Notes: generated by a model from the sequence alone, not told the origin. Shown: positions 13,730 to 26,477, numbered from the stretch's first letter. The stretch is DNA of 64,000 bases from Octopus bimaculoides (GCF_001194135.2 NC_068993.1:28299444-28363443); one strand, 5' to 3'. Numbers and translations are program-made.

Positions 13730-14050
13730 ATCAATGGTGTTATGTAAATTGGCACCTGGGACTCATGGTCATTGGCAGTGCCATGTAAATGGCACCTGTG
13801 CATCTAGCCACCGTCATTGCCGGTCCCATGTAAATGGCACCCACCTATGAATCATAATCATGATTGTTGCCAGTGACACATAAAAGCACCCATTACACTC
13901 CTGGAGTGGTTGGTGTTATGGTGTTAGGAAGGACATCCAGCTGTAGAAACCATGTCAAATCGGACTGGAACCTGGTGCAGCTCTCTGGCTCATCAGCTCC
14001 AGTCAAACAACCCATGTTGTTAAATACAGATGTTAAATGATGATGATGAT
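13730..14050 (+). repeat. RTE/SINE 3' region with gtggcac-gtaaa modules and (GAT)n tail
   Basis: Same modules as 18085-18635. Confidence 0.7.
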
Positions 14051-15110
14051 AACCCCATGACTACCAAGGAAACCAAGAGGAGCATGATGGCAAGCATCCA
14101 GCATATAGCTAATTCCATCCGGCAAAGTATCAAGGTAACTATAGATTACCCAACTAGGCACCCTAACAATAGACATTCGATCCTTGATACTGAACTTTGG
14201 TTAGAGATAAACAACAGAGTACAGCTCCTCCACTATTACATGAAATCCATAGCTTCTAAATATGTTGTTCACAAGAACTCAGCTTTGTCACACGATATGA
14301 AAATTAGCATACTAATTTAGACTTAGAGTAATGAATAATGTATCCCCCCTATGTGAACCCAGTGAAACAAGGAGACATGTACAGAACTTCATGCACAACA
14401 TGCAATTATCTGGATATGACCAGAAAGATAGGATTCGAGTAAGAAATTAGACGACATCATACGTAATGATGCCTGTGTAAAGATTGGAATACACAGAGGA
14501 TTTGTGACAAAGCAAAGAGAGTGAACACATGGTACAGGGCTGATAAATATCAAGGAGTGATGTTTGTGGAGGCCACACCTCATGAAGAATTAGCCCGCAG
14601 ACTTAGGAAAGCTCTGAAGGACACCAAACTCAACATTAAGGTCATTGAGAAGCCAAGGAGCTCCATCAGATCACAATTATGTAGGATGTACAGCTTCGAA
14701 AATATCACATGCACTAATGAGAACTGTGTAGTATGAAAGTTTAACTCCAATATTACTTGTAAAACTAAGAATGTAGTCTACAGAATAAGGTGCATGGAAG
14801 AAGTTTGTAAGGACAGAAACACAGCGGAGCACCAGAGAGAGTATAATGACAAGAAACAGTTGTCCATGCTCTATCAACATGCCAAAGACCAACATGGCAG
14901 CACACTGGGCCAAAATGACATCCACATTTTGTCCAAACACCCGAAGGCCCTATCACTAAGACAAATACAAGAGTACACCCTCATAAATGAAACATTACTC
15001 ATACGAAATAAGAAATACACAAAGGTAGGGATACCCCCAATGCCACAGATACCACCCACACAGTATACATACATAGGTACACTCATAAGTAGGCAGTCAA
15101 GCAGGTAGGC
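14050..15110 (+). mobile_element. Decayed Penelope-like element (GIY-YIG region)
   Basis: GVMFVEATPHEELARRLRK..., CKTKNVVYRIRC, EHQREY...SMLYQHAKDQHG. Confidence 0.7.
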
Positions 15111-15879
15111 AGATACGTTTTAGGTGGTTAGATCAGTTATATAGATTGTTAGTTAGTTAGTTAATTACATAGATAGGTAGGTACATAGGTAGTATGGACA
15201 CACACACATACAGAAGAAAGAAACACATGACCATACATACAGACATATGCAGGCACACATACATACACAAACTCATATGAATAGACACACTCAGGCACAC
15301 ACGCACAAAGAAGCAGAAGTATGCAGATACATAATACATACGAATACACAGAAAAATACATTCAATCACATATACATATGCTAGCACATGTGCACACTTG
15401 CACGAAACAAGGTCTCAGGTAGACAAACACAGCCTCTGAATAAACTAAGTCAAAAGTCACTGAAAAAGTTTCAAATAGCAATGAAAGAGCTTTGACAAAT
15501 AAAAACAAAACAAATGACTTACTGTTTAACCAAAGTAAACAAACAATCAATTAGTTGGATATTTAACCAATTGACTAATAATAAAGGAGTGAAATTGAAC
15601 CAGTGAGTGTTAATAATATTGGCATAATGACTCTCCCTAGACACTATAGAAAACATATTAAGATGAAGAGAAAATGATATGAAATATAGGATATGAGGGC
15701 TATTCAAGGACATTTAATTATCAGTATATTATTCTATTCAAACTAATTAAAAGATTTTATTTCTTTCAGACCTCCTTGACAGATAAAGGCCAATGAAATG
15801 AAACAAGAAATGAAAACACACGCAGTCATCGGTGCTATGTATGGAATGCAGTAGTTTAGAAATTGCCAACTTTCTGAAT

Positions 15880-17350
15880 GTTGCAAGATCTTTTCCAAAC
15901 AAAGATCAGATGGAATTGGAAGCTTCTGGTGAGAATGTTTCAACTGTATCAAAGGGGAATGTTTAAAAAAAAAGCCCATAACATTCAGACACAAAATAAA
16001 AACACAACAATTCATCCAATGGGTTAAAAACATTACTGATGATCATTCCAGAAAATCAATGAGGACAATTGCTGAAGAACTTAAGATGCTACAGTGGACT
16101 ACCAGAACTCCTGTGCATGAGAACGTTCTATACAAGTCAAATGTACTAAGAGGCCAATTCATTTTAGCAAAGATAAAGGAAAACTATTTGATCTCTGCTA
16201 AGTGGTTATAATCTCAAAAGCATGGCATGCTTTGATTCTTCTCCGATCAGAAAAACTTTGATTAACACCAACAGTCTAACAAGAAAAATAACACAGTAAT
16301 ATGCAGATCATTCTAACGTCTCCAGAGTGATGCACAATGTTTTCAATAACTGTGAATTGTTTTTTAGGAGTGATAATAAAGGTCATACCTCACCACCTCA
16401 CATCTTTCCACAGGGTCTACAACTAACCCTTTTGTCACTATATTGCTAACCAAAATACACCCTTATGTGTTTCAATAAAATTCTAAAATAATCATGAATT
16501 TAGTATAACATTTGTTAATTCAAACTAAGAAGCGGTTAAAAAAAACCCATCGGTTTTGTTTCTGTGGAAAGACTGTGACTAGGTCCAACCTCTTCTGAAA
16601 ATCATTAAGAGAAGCAGTTTTCAAAGTTTCATTTCATTCAAGTACAAATTCTTCTTTTTTTAAAATCATTATCAGAGCTGACGAAATGGCTGGTTTCACT
16701 TTTAAAAATCAAAATACTAGATTCATCACACACCACATGGTTTTTATGTTCACTTTATATTTTGCTGGATTTCTCCATGTCTTCTAAAATCTTTCAAATT
16801 CTGATTTGCTACTTGAGAACATGAAACTGGTATCTAGTTTTTATCAGTAGTAAAAACTTTCAGAAAATAGATGTAGAAAAAAACCTCCAAAAATTCACAG
16901 AACTCAGCATGTCAAATAATGTCAGACACTATAACTCAGTGAGATCATGTGCTTACATGTACTAACAAGATCCATTCTAAAATTTTCATTTAAATATGAA
17001 TAGGTTATCTTGAGCAGTTCTAGGCAGGTTGGTAACAAAAAGCTTATGTTATTAAGCCCTGGATGAGTGATGTACACGGTTGAAGGCTATGCATGTCTCA
17101 CAAAGCTTACATAATCCATCAATGGACAAATGCTTTACATTCATTTAACACCAAACTTGTAGCCTCCAAACTCACCAGATTTAAATTACATGGACTACTA
17201 TGTGTGGAGCATTGTTGAAAAAGGCAGACTAATGGACCTCCTTCCAATACCATAGCTTCACTGAAACTCATCATTGTCTAGGTAATGTCCAAAATGAATA
17301 AAGAACATTTAGTATATCATCGTATAATTCAATATCTTTTGTTTGTTAGT
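15880..17350 (+). mobile_element. Highly decayed Tc1/mariner-type element fragments
   Basis: Residual similarity to the 27270-28077 element (ctccaaactcaccagatttaaattacatggactactatgtgtggagcattgttga). Confidence 0.5.
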
Positions 17351-17505
17351 TAAGTCTGAATAAATGAGCAATGTCCAATGCTTTTGAGATCAGTAAGATT
17401 GAGGTTAATATCCCACATATATTCTAGTCACAAGAAATGCAACAATCATTTAATTACAATTATTCAATCCCTTAATTACTGTTATTAAAGAAATCTTCCA
17501 TTTAC

Positions 17506-17549
17506 CTGGGTGTTTCATCATCATCTGCACTTTCAGCAGCATCTGTTTT
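17506..17549 (-). CDS. CANX: Calnexin exon: KTDAAESADDDETP(R)
   Basis: 44 nt, phase 0/2; cttttcacag|AAA ... AG|gtaaat; links to the terminal exon in frame. Confidence 0.87.
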
Positions 17550-17711
17550 CTGTGAAAAGATATTTCAATATTCTTTGTCTTATCAAGGATTACAGTTATT
17601 GAAGAGAAACAATCACAAGGAGATATAAATAACATACAAACAACAAGTGAATCATTTCTTAGCAAGGTGCTATGATCAATTATTCACTTACAAATAATAA
17701 TATCTAGTTTT

Positions 17712-18635
17712 TGTATGGATGAGGATAGCTGTGTGAAAAAGTACCACACCCTAGCGGTTGAGGGAACCTGTGGAAGAGGCAGGCCCAGGAAGACCTGGGA
17801 TGAGGTGGTGAAGCACAACCTCCGAACATTTGGCCTCACCGAGGCAATGACTTCTGACCGAGACCTTTGGAAATATGCTGTGCATGAGACGACCCGGCAA
17901 GACAAGTGAGACCAAAATCCAAGGCCTCTGCCAGGGATGTAGCCAGCCCACTTATGCATAACATTCCTTCTTTGGACACTAAACTCCGCTTGCAAAGACA
18001 GAATCGTTGAGGCAAGTGAAATCAAAATCGAACTAAATTTGTAGATTGGCACCCATGCCAACGTCTCTTCATTGAACACTAAACTCAGCTTGTGAAGACC
18101 TGTTGGGGCAAGCGAAAGCGAAATCGTGATGGTACCTGTACCAGTAGATCACTAAGAGCACCGTCCAAGCGGGATCGTTGCCAGAGCACCAGCTGTCTGG
18201 CTTCCGTTCCGGTGGCACGTAAATAGCACCATTTAAGCATGATCGTTACCAACGTCGCCTTCCTGGCACTTGTGCCAGTGGCACATAAATAGCACCATTT
18301 AAGCGTGATCGTTACCAACGTCGCCTTCCTGGCACGTGAAAAGACATTCAAGCAAGATCGTTGCCACTGCCGCTGGACTGGCTCCTGTGCAGGTGGCACG
18401 TAAAATACACAATTTCGAGCATGGCCATTGCCAGTACCGCTTGACTGGCCTTTATGCCGGTGGCACGTAATAACACCCACTACACTCTCGGAGTGGTTGG
18501 CGTTAGGAAGAGCATCCAGCTGTAGAAACTCTGCCAAATCAGATTGGAGCCTGGTGTAGCCATCTGGTTCACCAGTCCTCAGTCAAATCGTCCAACCCAT
18601 GCTAGCATGGAAAGCAGACGTTAAACTACGTTGAT
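17712..18635 (+). mobile_element. RTE LINE 3' end (ORF C-terminus, modular 3' UTR, tail)
   Basis: ORF 17715-17909 VEGTCGRGRPRKTWDEVVKH...DRDLWKYAV is the RTE C-terminus; 66-bp tandem units; terminal tail. Confidence 0.85.
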
Positions 18636-19155
18636 GACACAAACTGAGCTGACACAAGTTTTAGTACATTGGCAGCAATTAGACTTATAACTGAAGTCAC
18701 AGTTTTTTTTGTATGTGAAGGTGTGTAAAATAGACTGCCACAGCAACATGTGTTCTTGTTGGTTACTAAAATGTGAAAAATACCATGAAGTCATGAATTT
18801 TAAAAAGCAAATTTGAAAATACAGGTGAGAGCATTAGGGCTGTCATACATAAATTACAAGTTTTTATGGAGCTGGTGCTGAACTCTAGTTCCTAAAGCAT
18901 TAAAAGGTTAACGAGACAAAAAAAAAATGTTATTTCTATCAGTTGAGAATTTAAGTTGAACTATCTAAAACATCAGTTAAAGTAATGTAAAACCAAGTGT
19001 TTTCTCCAAACAGCCTAATCATTCACTTATCTAAAAAATGAAAATAGCTAAATCATTAAGAGAAACCATGAAGTTTACTTAATTATCACTTAAAAATAGG
19101 TAAACATTATTTGAATAAGTGCTGAGAGAATTCTGTAACAGCATTTTCAACTTAC

Positions 19156-19425
19156 TTTTTCAACTTCAAGATCCCCCTTCAAAGGTTTTTTAGGTCTACC
19201 ATCAACCGGCTCCACTTTTTCTTCAGAACCTGAAGCATTATCACCTTCTTCTTCTTCTTCTTCTTCTTCTTGACCACCTTCATCTGCAAGTTTATCAGAA
19301 TTGTCTTTCTTCTTGTCAGAATCATCTTTCATCTCCTCAGAATCACCTTTCACCTTGCCAGAATCATCACTAATTTTGTCATCAGGTGATGGTGCATCGG
19401 TTTTCTTCCTCTCTGCAGTTTCATC
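19156..19425 (-). CDS. CANX: Calnexin exon, acidic cytosolic tail: DETAERKKTDAPSPDDK...EEEEEEEE...GDLEVEK
   Basis: 270 nt, phase 0/0; gcttcaag|GAT ... AAA|gtaagt; KKTDAP motif; overlaps ORF 19147-19353. Confidence 0.92.
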
Positions 19426-20629
19426 CTTGAAGCAATGTGAGAATAAATATTAGAAGCAAACTTCTATATATAAACAGTTAAACATTTAATATCAAAAGCT
19501 AGAGATGCCCTGCAAAGTAAATAGAAGAGAAGCAAGTGGCAACTTAGTCACACCCACATACATATTCAATTATGTCCTTCATACCCATACACAGGTTTTC
19601 TTTTTTCTAATACCTATCAACAATATTGAACAGAATTTTCTTCTTTGAGATTATAATGTATATGCATATCAAACATCATTTGTTTTAACTGTTCTAATTT
19701 ATATTTCTTTCAACTCCATTTAACATCGAAGAAAGTCTTTAAATGTTTAACTTATTTAAACAACAAAACTGAAACCAACTTAATAAATATGACATAACAG
19801 AAGCTGATTTTATAGTCTATTGAATTGGATTAGTTCAGAAATTCTTTCAGGAAATTAATTCTTTATTTATACATTAGACTATTTTGGGTTATTTTTATTA
19901 ATAGATAAAAATCATTTAACATCAAAATTCATGAAAATGATTGTGTTCATTATTTATAAGGATCCTCAACAAAACATTTACAACTCACAGAATTTATGAC
20001 AGTACCCTAATAATGTTTACATACATCTGATATACATTGAAAATAGTCAATATTAGGGAAGTATTTAGTGCAAAGTTTTGTTATAGCATTTCTCTTTCAC
20101 ACAACACTCGCACATATATGTACAATATCATTGCTGGTAAAGAGAAACATGAACAGATTACAATGTGCCAGTGATGTGTACATGAAATGTGCTGGGGGAG
20201 GGCAAGATTTGAGGATGTAAACTATTTTGAAAACTGGGAAAATTTAGTGTTATAGTTTTTCAATGTAACAACCATATTCAGTCAATAACTCAAGCCAATT
20301 TATTTTTTGAGACCATAGCTGATTTTAATGTGAAATGTCACATTTTACAACAGAATGCTAAGAAACCAAAATAGATACATAACTATGTGCATATCTAATC
20401 TGTTTAGTTAATATCAAATCACTATAGAGACAGGATTTAAAAAGAAAAAAAATCATGCAGTGCCCACAAGTATAAAGGCAAGTCTCAGATGTGGACTTAG
20501 AAAGGTAAAAATTTTATTCTTATTTCAGACAACTTGGATTACTAAGAAGTTTTTATAAGAATAGGATGCTATATCTGCATAAAATGAACTTTAAATAAAC
20601 ATGCAAAATTTTGCCTGAAGTTGCTGTAT

Positions 20630-21860
20630 GTAACACCATGGCTGAAAAGTTCATAAGCTGACTATGAAGGAGTGATGCTAGAGTTGTGAAATCTTGCATG
20701 CATTAATTTCAACTTTCCTTATTAGTAACTTCATTGTTTCTTTCTTTCCAGGTAAACTGACATCTGATTGTTCAAAGAACACTTCAAAAGTAACTTGTAG
20801 CAACTTCTCTTGAAAATGGACAAAAATTGGCATCGTGGTGTTGTCAAGTACCTGCAGAAAAAGGCTTTAACTCCCAAGGATTTTCATGTTGACATGGTTG
20901 CTACATTAGGGGATGATACTCCACCTATATCAACAGTGGAAAAGTGGACAGCAGAATTTAGGAGGGGAATGGAGTCTTGATGATGACTCAACATTTGGAC
21001 ATCCTGCAACTGCCACTATCAAGGAAAACATTGATTGTGTTCACCACATACTGATGAATGACAGGTGACTGACTATAAATCAAATAGCCAATGCTATTAG
21101 CATATCACGTGAGAGAGTTGAGAATATTCTGCACAATGAAATTGGAAGGATGAAAGTTTCTGCTTGGTGGGTACCATGGCTTCAGATACTTGATCAAAAG
21201 TGACCAAGCTGATCTTGTTATGGGAAAATCTGACATTGTTTCAGGCAGAGCCAGATGATTTCCTTAAATGTTTCCCAACCCAGGATGAGAGTTGGGCTCA
21301 TCACTTTGAGCTAGAGACAAAGAGACAATCCATAGTGTGGAAATACTCTTCTTCACCTGTTCTAAAGACAGTCAAATTAATTTCATCTGCAGATAGTATG
21401 AAGGCCTCAGTCAATAAACACAATGCCTTTTGCAGCCCCAAAAATTATCTTCAAAAGGATCATGCCAACTTGCTGAGGCAGTTACAAAAGGTATCAAGAC
21501 CAAATGCCCAGGAAAACCAACAAAAGCTGACTTGTTTCCTCAGGACAATGCTCCAGTACACAAGTTCTTGGTTTCAATGGCTGCTGTACATAATTGTTGC
21601 TTAGAACTGGTTGATTTGGCCTCATCTGACTATCATATCTTCCCAAACATAAGAAAACATTTGGCTGGGAACCAGTATTCCAGCAATGATGATATCATAT
21701 CTGCTGTTGATGACTTTTTTAACCAACAGGATGAAAGTTTCTTTACCAATGGGATCCAAGCACTAATGGAAGAAGTGTGTGGACTGCAAAGGGGACTATA
21801 TTGAAAAATAAACTTCACTTGGTCACATTTCATGAGTATTTTGGTCAGCTAATCCTCAAA
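20630..21860 (+). mobile_element. Mariner transposon, decayed
   Basis: TQDESWAHHFELETKRQS, QDNAPVH, DLASSDYHIFPNIRKHLAGNQY...FFTNGIQAL. Confidence 0.85.
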
Positions 21861-22243
21861 TAACTATCTGATCAGATACATTTTGGCAACCTGAAACTTT
21901 GAAGATAAAAGCCATGACAACAAGGACTGGTACCATTTCTGTAACTGGCATTATCTCCTTAACTGTACGACTTGACTAGCCAAAAGTTGGTACTACTTCT
22001 ATATTGCAGATTCCGAATATACAAAAAGTTATAACTTTTCTATACACATGTAATTTAAGTACAACTAATAATGTTGTCTGTTGTTTACTGTCTGTTGTGA
22101 ATTAATGTAACTTGGCCCTGAAGAGGTGCAAGACTTCATGTTTTTATCTCAGACAAGAGTGAGTCGGGATCTTGCATTGAAATGTGCATAGGTTATTAAA
22201 CAAGCTTTATTAAGGATTGCGTTATGGCTCTTAGTTAAATTGA

Positions 22244-22315
22244 TATATATATATATATATATGTATNNNNNNNNNNNNNNNNNNNNNNNNNNNNNNNNNN
22301 NNNNNNNNNNNNNNN

Positions 22316-22347
<32 letters not shown>

Positions 22348-22698
22348 AGAATTTAAAAAAAAGCTAAAGACGAAGACAGGTGCTGGAGACAACAAACAGA
22401 TGTACTAGTATAACGCTTGGGAAGTGAAAAAGTCTTTCAATGTTTTGAGCCTACGTTCTTCCACAGAAAGAAACTAGTAGAGAAAAAAAAGAATGTGTAG
22501 TGGCTAGCGATCTATCATGGTGATACACATATATATACGTATATACACATACATAACTACATATATGCATACATATATATATACATGCATACATATATAT
22601 ATACATGCATACATACATATATACATACATACATATATATATATACATACATATATATATACATACATACATATATATATACATACATACATATATAT

Positions 22699-22729
<31 letters not shown>

Positions 22730-23074
22730 CATACATACATACATACATATACATACACATACATACATACATATACATACANNNNNNNNNNNNNNNNNNN
22801 NNNNNNNNNNNNNNNNNNNNNNNNNNNNNNNNNNNNNNNNNNNNNNNNNNNNNNNNNNNNNNNNNNNNNNNNNNNNNNNNNNNNNNNNNNNNNNNNNNNN
22901 NNNNNNNNNNNNNNNNNNNNNNNNNNNNNNNNNNNNNNNNNNNNNNNNNNNNNNNNNNNNNNNNNNNNNNNNNNNNNNNNNNNNNNNNNNNNNNNNNNNN
23001 NNNNNNNNNNNNNNNNNNNNNNNNNNNNNNNNNNNNNNNNNNNNNNNNNNNNTATATATGTATATACATATATG

Positions 23075-23106
<32 letters not shown>

Positions 23107-23320
23107 CATACATATATATATATATGTATATACATATATGTACATACATATATATACATATATATACATACATATATATATACATACATATATATATACA
23201 TACATATATATATACATACATATATATATACATACATATATATATATATGTATATATATATAGACATATAAATATATGTATATACATATATATACATACA
23301 CATACATACATATATATCCA
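22244..23320. repeat. (TA)n/(TACA)n microsatellites flanking gaps 22267-22315 and 22782-23052
   Basis: Direct inspection. Confidence 0.95.
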
Positions 23321-25864
23321 TATCTATATAGCTGAGTTTGTGAGTGTGTTGCATCTATAGAAATCCACGCCTTACAAGATAGCAATCTGGGAGTCGCACC
23401 GATGGATTCCTCATGGTTGAAAATGCCCGGAATCGGCTATTTGTCTTTTTTTTTCGTTGCTTCCTAACACGTGAAATTTTGCATTAAAAATAATTTTAAA
23501 CCATAAATTCTAACAAGTTTCAAGTCGCCATTATTTGCAAACATGAGTTCAGTCCCCTTCTAGCGACGGTGCAAAGACAGAGAGCAACAGAGATAACAGA
23601 TATGTTAACTTTAACTTTATTTCTATTTTAATATAAACCTTTAAATGAGTTGGGTGTTTTTTCTCAAGTATCTAATGAATTATTTGATATAGTGGTGTTG
23701 TTTTCATCTACCTACTTTACATCATAATAGTTACTTAATTTTTAATTTATATGTATATGTGAGATAGTAACGATTACATCGTAATATTTGTTTACTTTTC
23801 ACTTTATTGATTAAATCCGTTCTTTCTTTTGATATTATTTTTAATATTGTATCTGAACCCCATTACTAAGTTAATTTATTATAATTTTTCTTAAACTTTG
23901 ATAGCTGCAATCTGAATGTAACCTAATTTATTTCACTTATTATCTATAGTTTATATTCTCTAATTTATCTTGTATATAATAAACGTGAAGTTGTGGATCT
24001 GTGTGAAGTCTTTTTAAAAGTTTATAGAAATCCACATTTTCCACTTTTTCGTAAATTTTTTTACATCAATGAAATTTTCTCGATGTGGACTTTCCAATGC
24101 AGTAATTAGATTTTTTAAAATTCCGTTTACTTTGTGATTTAAGGGAGGTTTGGCTGTTATTTCTAGCAACTTTTATATTTCTTCCCTTCTACCTGTAACA
24201 GCGTTCTTATACACATATATCACGCGCTCAACATAAAATATAGAATAAGAGTGAGAGAGAGAGAGAGAGAGAGAAAGAGAAAGTGATACATACAAAGTCT
24301 TCTTTCTTTTTCCTCTCTCCCATTTAATAGTTTTCTTGTATCCCTCTACCTCTAACATATTTTTCATAACATAGAAGCGTAAAAACACACACACAACCAC
24401 ACATACGTGATCTGTGACAACAACATACACATAAACATTATAGATATAAGATTTCTGCCCAATCTGATAGAATTCTGGCAAAACTGTGTAGCAACAGATC
24501 GCCAGCAATTGCTTCATCACAAATTGCCATCCTAGTTCCTGCTAAAAGGGATTACCCTGCTATGTATAATCAGGGCAGCGCAAAAAGTTGTTTTGCACAA
24601 GCATTTCTATAGCCAATTAGACGGATGAAATTTACGTATGCTTAATAATGTTACGCAAAACAGCCTTCAGACTTTCCCTATTAATTTCACTGTCTTTTGA
24701 ATTATGAACATATTTACATCATAAGGGTTTATTCGTTGTAAGGCTTCCTTTTTTAGTTGATTTTCACCTAGCAAGACTTATCGTAGATGGCGTAATAAGT
24801 CACACCCGGACAACGTCAGGTTATGCTGCTAGTATATATATAAAGGTTGGCATCAGATCTGCTGTATTGTTTATGCCATTGAATGCATTCTTGTTTACTC
24901 CTATCTGTCTCAAACATTATTCCCTATCTCTATCACTGTGAATGTCATACAACACCTGCATTAATGTCTCCCTATCACTTTCCCCTACCACCCTGCTTGC
25001 ACCATGATACTTATAATCTTGCTTCTTTCACCCTCTTGATTTTCATGCTTTTCCTATTCACATTCTTGGTCAATGTTTGCATTGAATTTTAAGTCAAGAG
25101 TACTTTTTAGTCTTGCAGGGAACAAAGTAACCTCTGTAGTATTAGTATCATAATAAGTATACTCTGAATTGTATAGAAAGGGCATCCAATAACAGAAACT
25201 ATGCCATAATGGAATATACAAACCAAGACAAATTCTTCACACTTATCTAAGGAGGACTGGCTTGATAAGCACTGAAAATAGCATGTACATGGTGTTATAT
25301 GTCAGCTGGTAATTTAAGTTTAACCACAAACTCAGCTCAAGATAGAGTTCACTACCAGTTTGTAGTACTTGTATACAATGTGTTATATATCACAACTAGA
25401 GCATTAGTAGTCACAAGCTTCTGACAGGCCAACCACTGCTCACTCTATTTCTGAAAGAATAAGTAGTTAAGGAGTATCTATAAACTTGATGTTGAACAAA
25501 TATTTGAAAGGGCTTCATTTGTAAAGCACCAGTTTCTCCAACCAGTATAGAAAGACACACATAATGATAGTTTCTCAGCACTGACAAGATATTAATCAAC
25601 CTGCAGCTATAGTAGAAGACATCTGCCCTAAGTTGCCATGAAGTTGGATCAGTTGCAAAATTCTTAACATTGCAGCCATACCTGTGCACAAAAACAATAT
25701 AATCACTACATCTAAAAGTGGGGTACTTAAACTGCAGGTTTTGAATGAACAAATATATCAAAGAGAGGCAAGTGGGAGAAAAAGCAATGTGAAAGCTATA
25801 CTTGAGCAACTACTGCAACTAGTATAGAAAATACTGGACAATGCAGCCACAACACATAAACTAC

Positions 25865-26011
25865 CTCTTGATTCCCTCCTTTAGAGATAATGTAGAGAGA
25901 CAGTAGTATGATAGGAATGATAATAATCATTCCATATGTAACAATTAACCAGGGATTGTCTTCAGCAGCAAATGAAAGTTTATTCATCAACATCATGAAA
26001 TAGCTACTTTC
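25865..26011 (-). CDS. CANX: Candidate alternative (paralogous) TM exon B: ESSYFMMLMNKLSFAAEDNPWLIVTYGMIIIIPIILLSLYIISKGGNQE
   Basis: 147 nt, phase 0/0, stop-free; acceptor ttttgttttctgtatacag|GAA, donor CAAGAG|gtagtt; PWL...P...Y spacing identical to exon A. Confidence 0.75.
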
Positions 26012-26084
26012 CTGTATACAGAAAACAAAACCAAATCTTTTTTTTAAAATGCGACAAAACATGAATCATTGAAACAATGATAAG

Positions 26085-26246
26085 TAGAATGCTGAAAGGG
26101 AAATATCTTGCCATTGGGAAGGGGAGGAGTTAGTCACAAATATTTAAGCAATGTCCAGAAATGGGTTCAGTATCCAGACATATTCTCCAAGAGCAGTTAG
26201 TTACATTGCACAGAAAAACGGGGGCTTTAAACAGAGCCACACTTTT
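26085..26246. repeat. ~162-bp direct repeat, copy 1 (intron between TM exons A and B)
   Basis: Near-identical to 27018-27182: 2 substitutions plus a G-run difference. Confidence 0.95.
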
Positions 26247-26348
26247 TTCATGTACACACAAAGGCTTTAGTATTTTAGAAGATAAAGAAAAAACTGGATA
26301 TGCAGCTGCATGCAATGCAAACCAGCTATTTTCAAAGGGAAAGCTTAC

Positions 26349-26477
26349 CTTTGCTGAGCTGCCTACACAGCAATAGGCAATAACAAGTACAATAGGAAGC
26401 AAAACAACAACAATGAATACGGCCCATAGCCAAGGCCGTTCATTAGTCACATCAAGAACAGCTTGCACTACACTTTT
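26349..26477 (-). CDS. CANX: Calnexin canonical TM exon A: KSVVQAVLDVTNERPWLWAVFIVVVLLPIVLVIAYCCVGSSAK
   Basis: 129 nt, phase 0/0; ctgtttcag|AAA ... AAG|gtaagc; ERPWLW, hydrophobic helix, mid-TM Pro and juxtamembrane CC as in vertebrate calnexin. Confidence 0.95.

Noticed and set aside
18085-18537. 150-aa ORF and an array that superficially resembles CRISPR
   Set aside because: This is the antisense reading of RTE 3' UTR tandem units. There are no unique spacers or cas genes, and the context is eukaryotic.
19195-19201. Internal donor GATG|gtagac in the tail exon
   Set aside because: Weak site; it would be phase 1 and break frame with the next exon, whereas AAA|gtaagt at 19156 fits.
22451-23385. 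Long ORFs of 228-293 aa in several frames
   Set aside because: They are translations of TA/TACA microsatellites and N gaps.
25411-25809. 132-aa ORF just downstream of exon B as a possible third TM or terminal exon
   Set aside because: No calnexin similarity; it contains a decayed SINE fragment; the best acceptor (ttctttcag) gives AAA TAG in phase 0.
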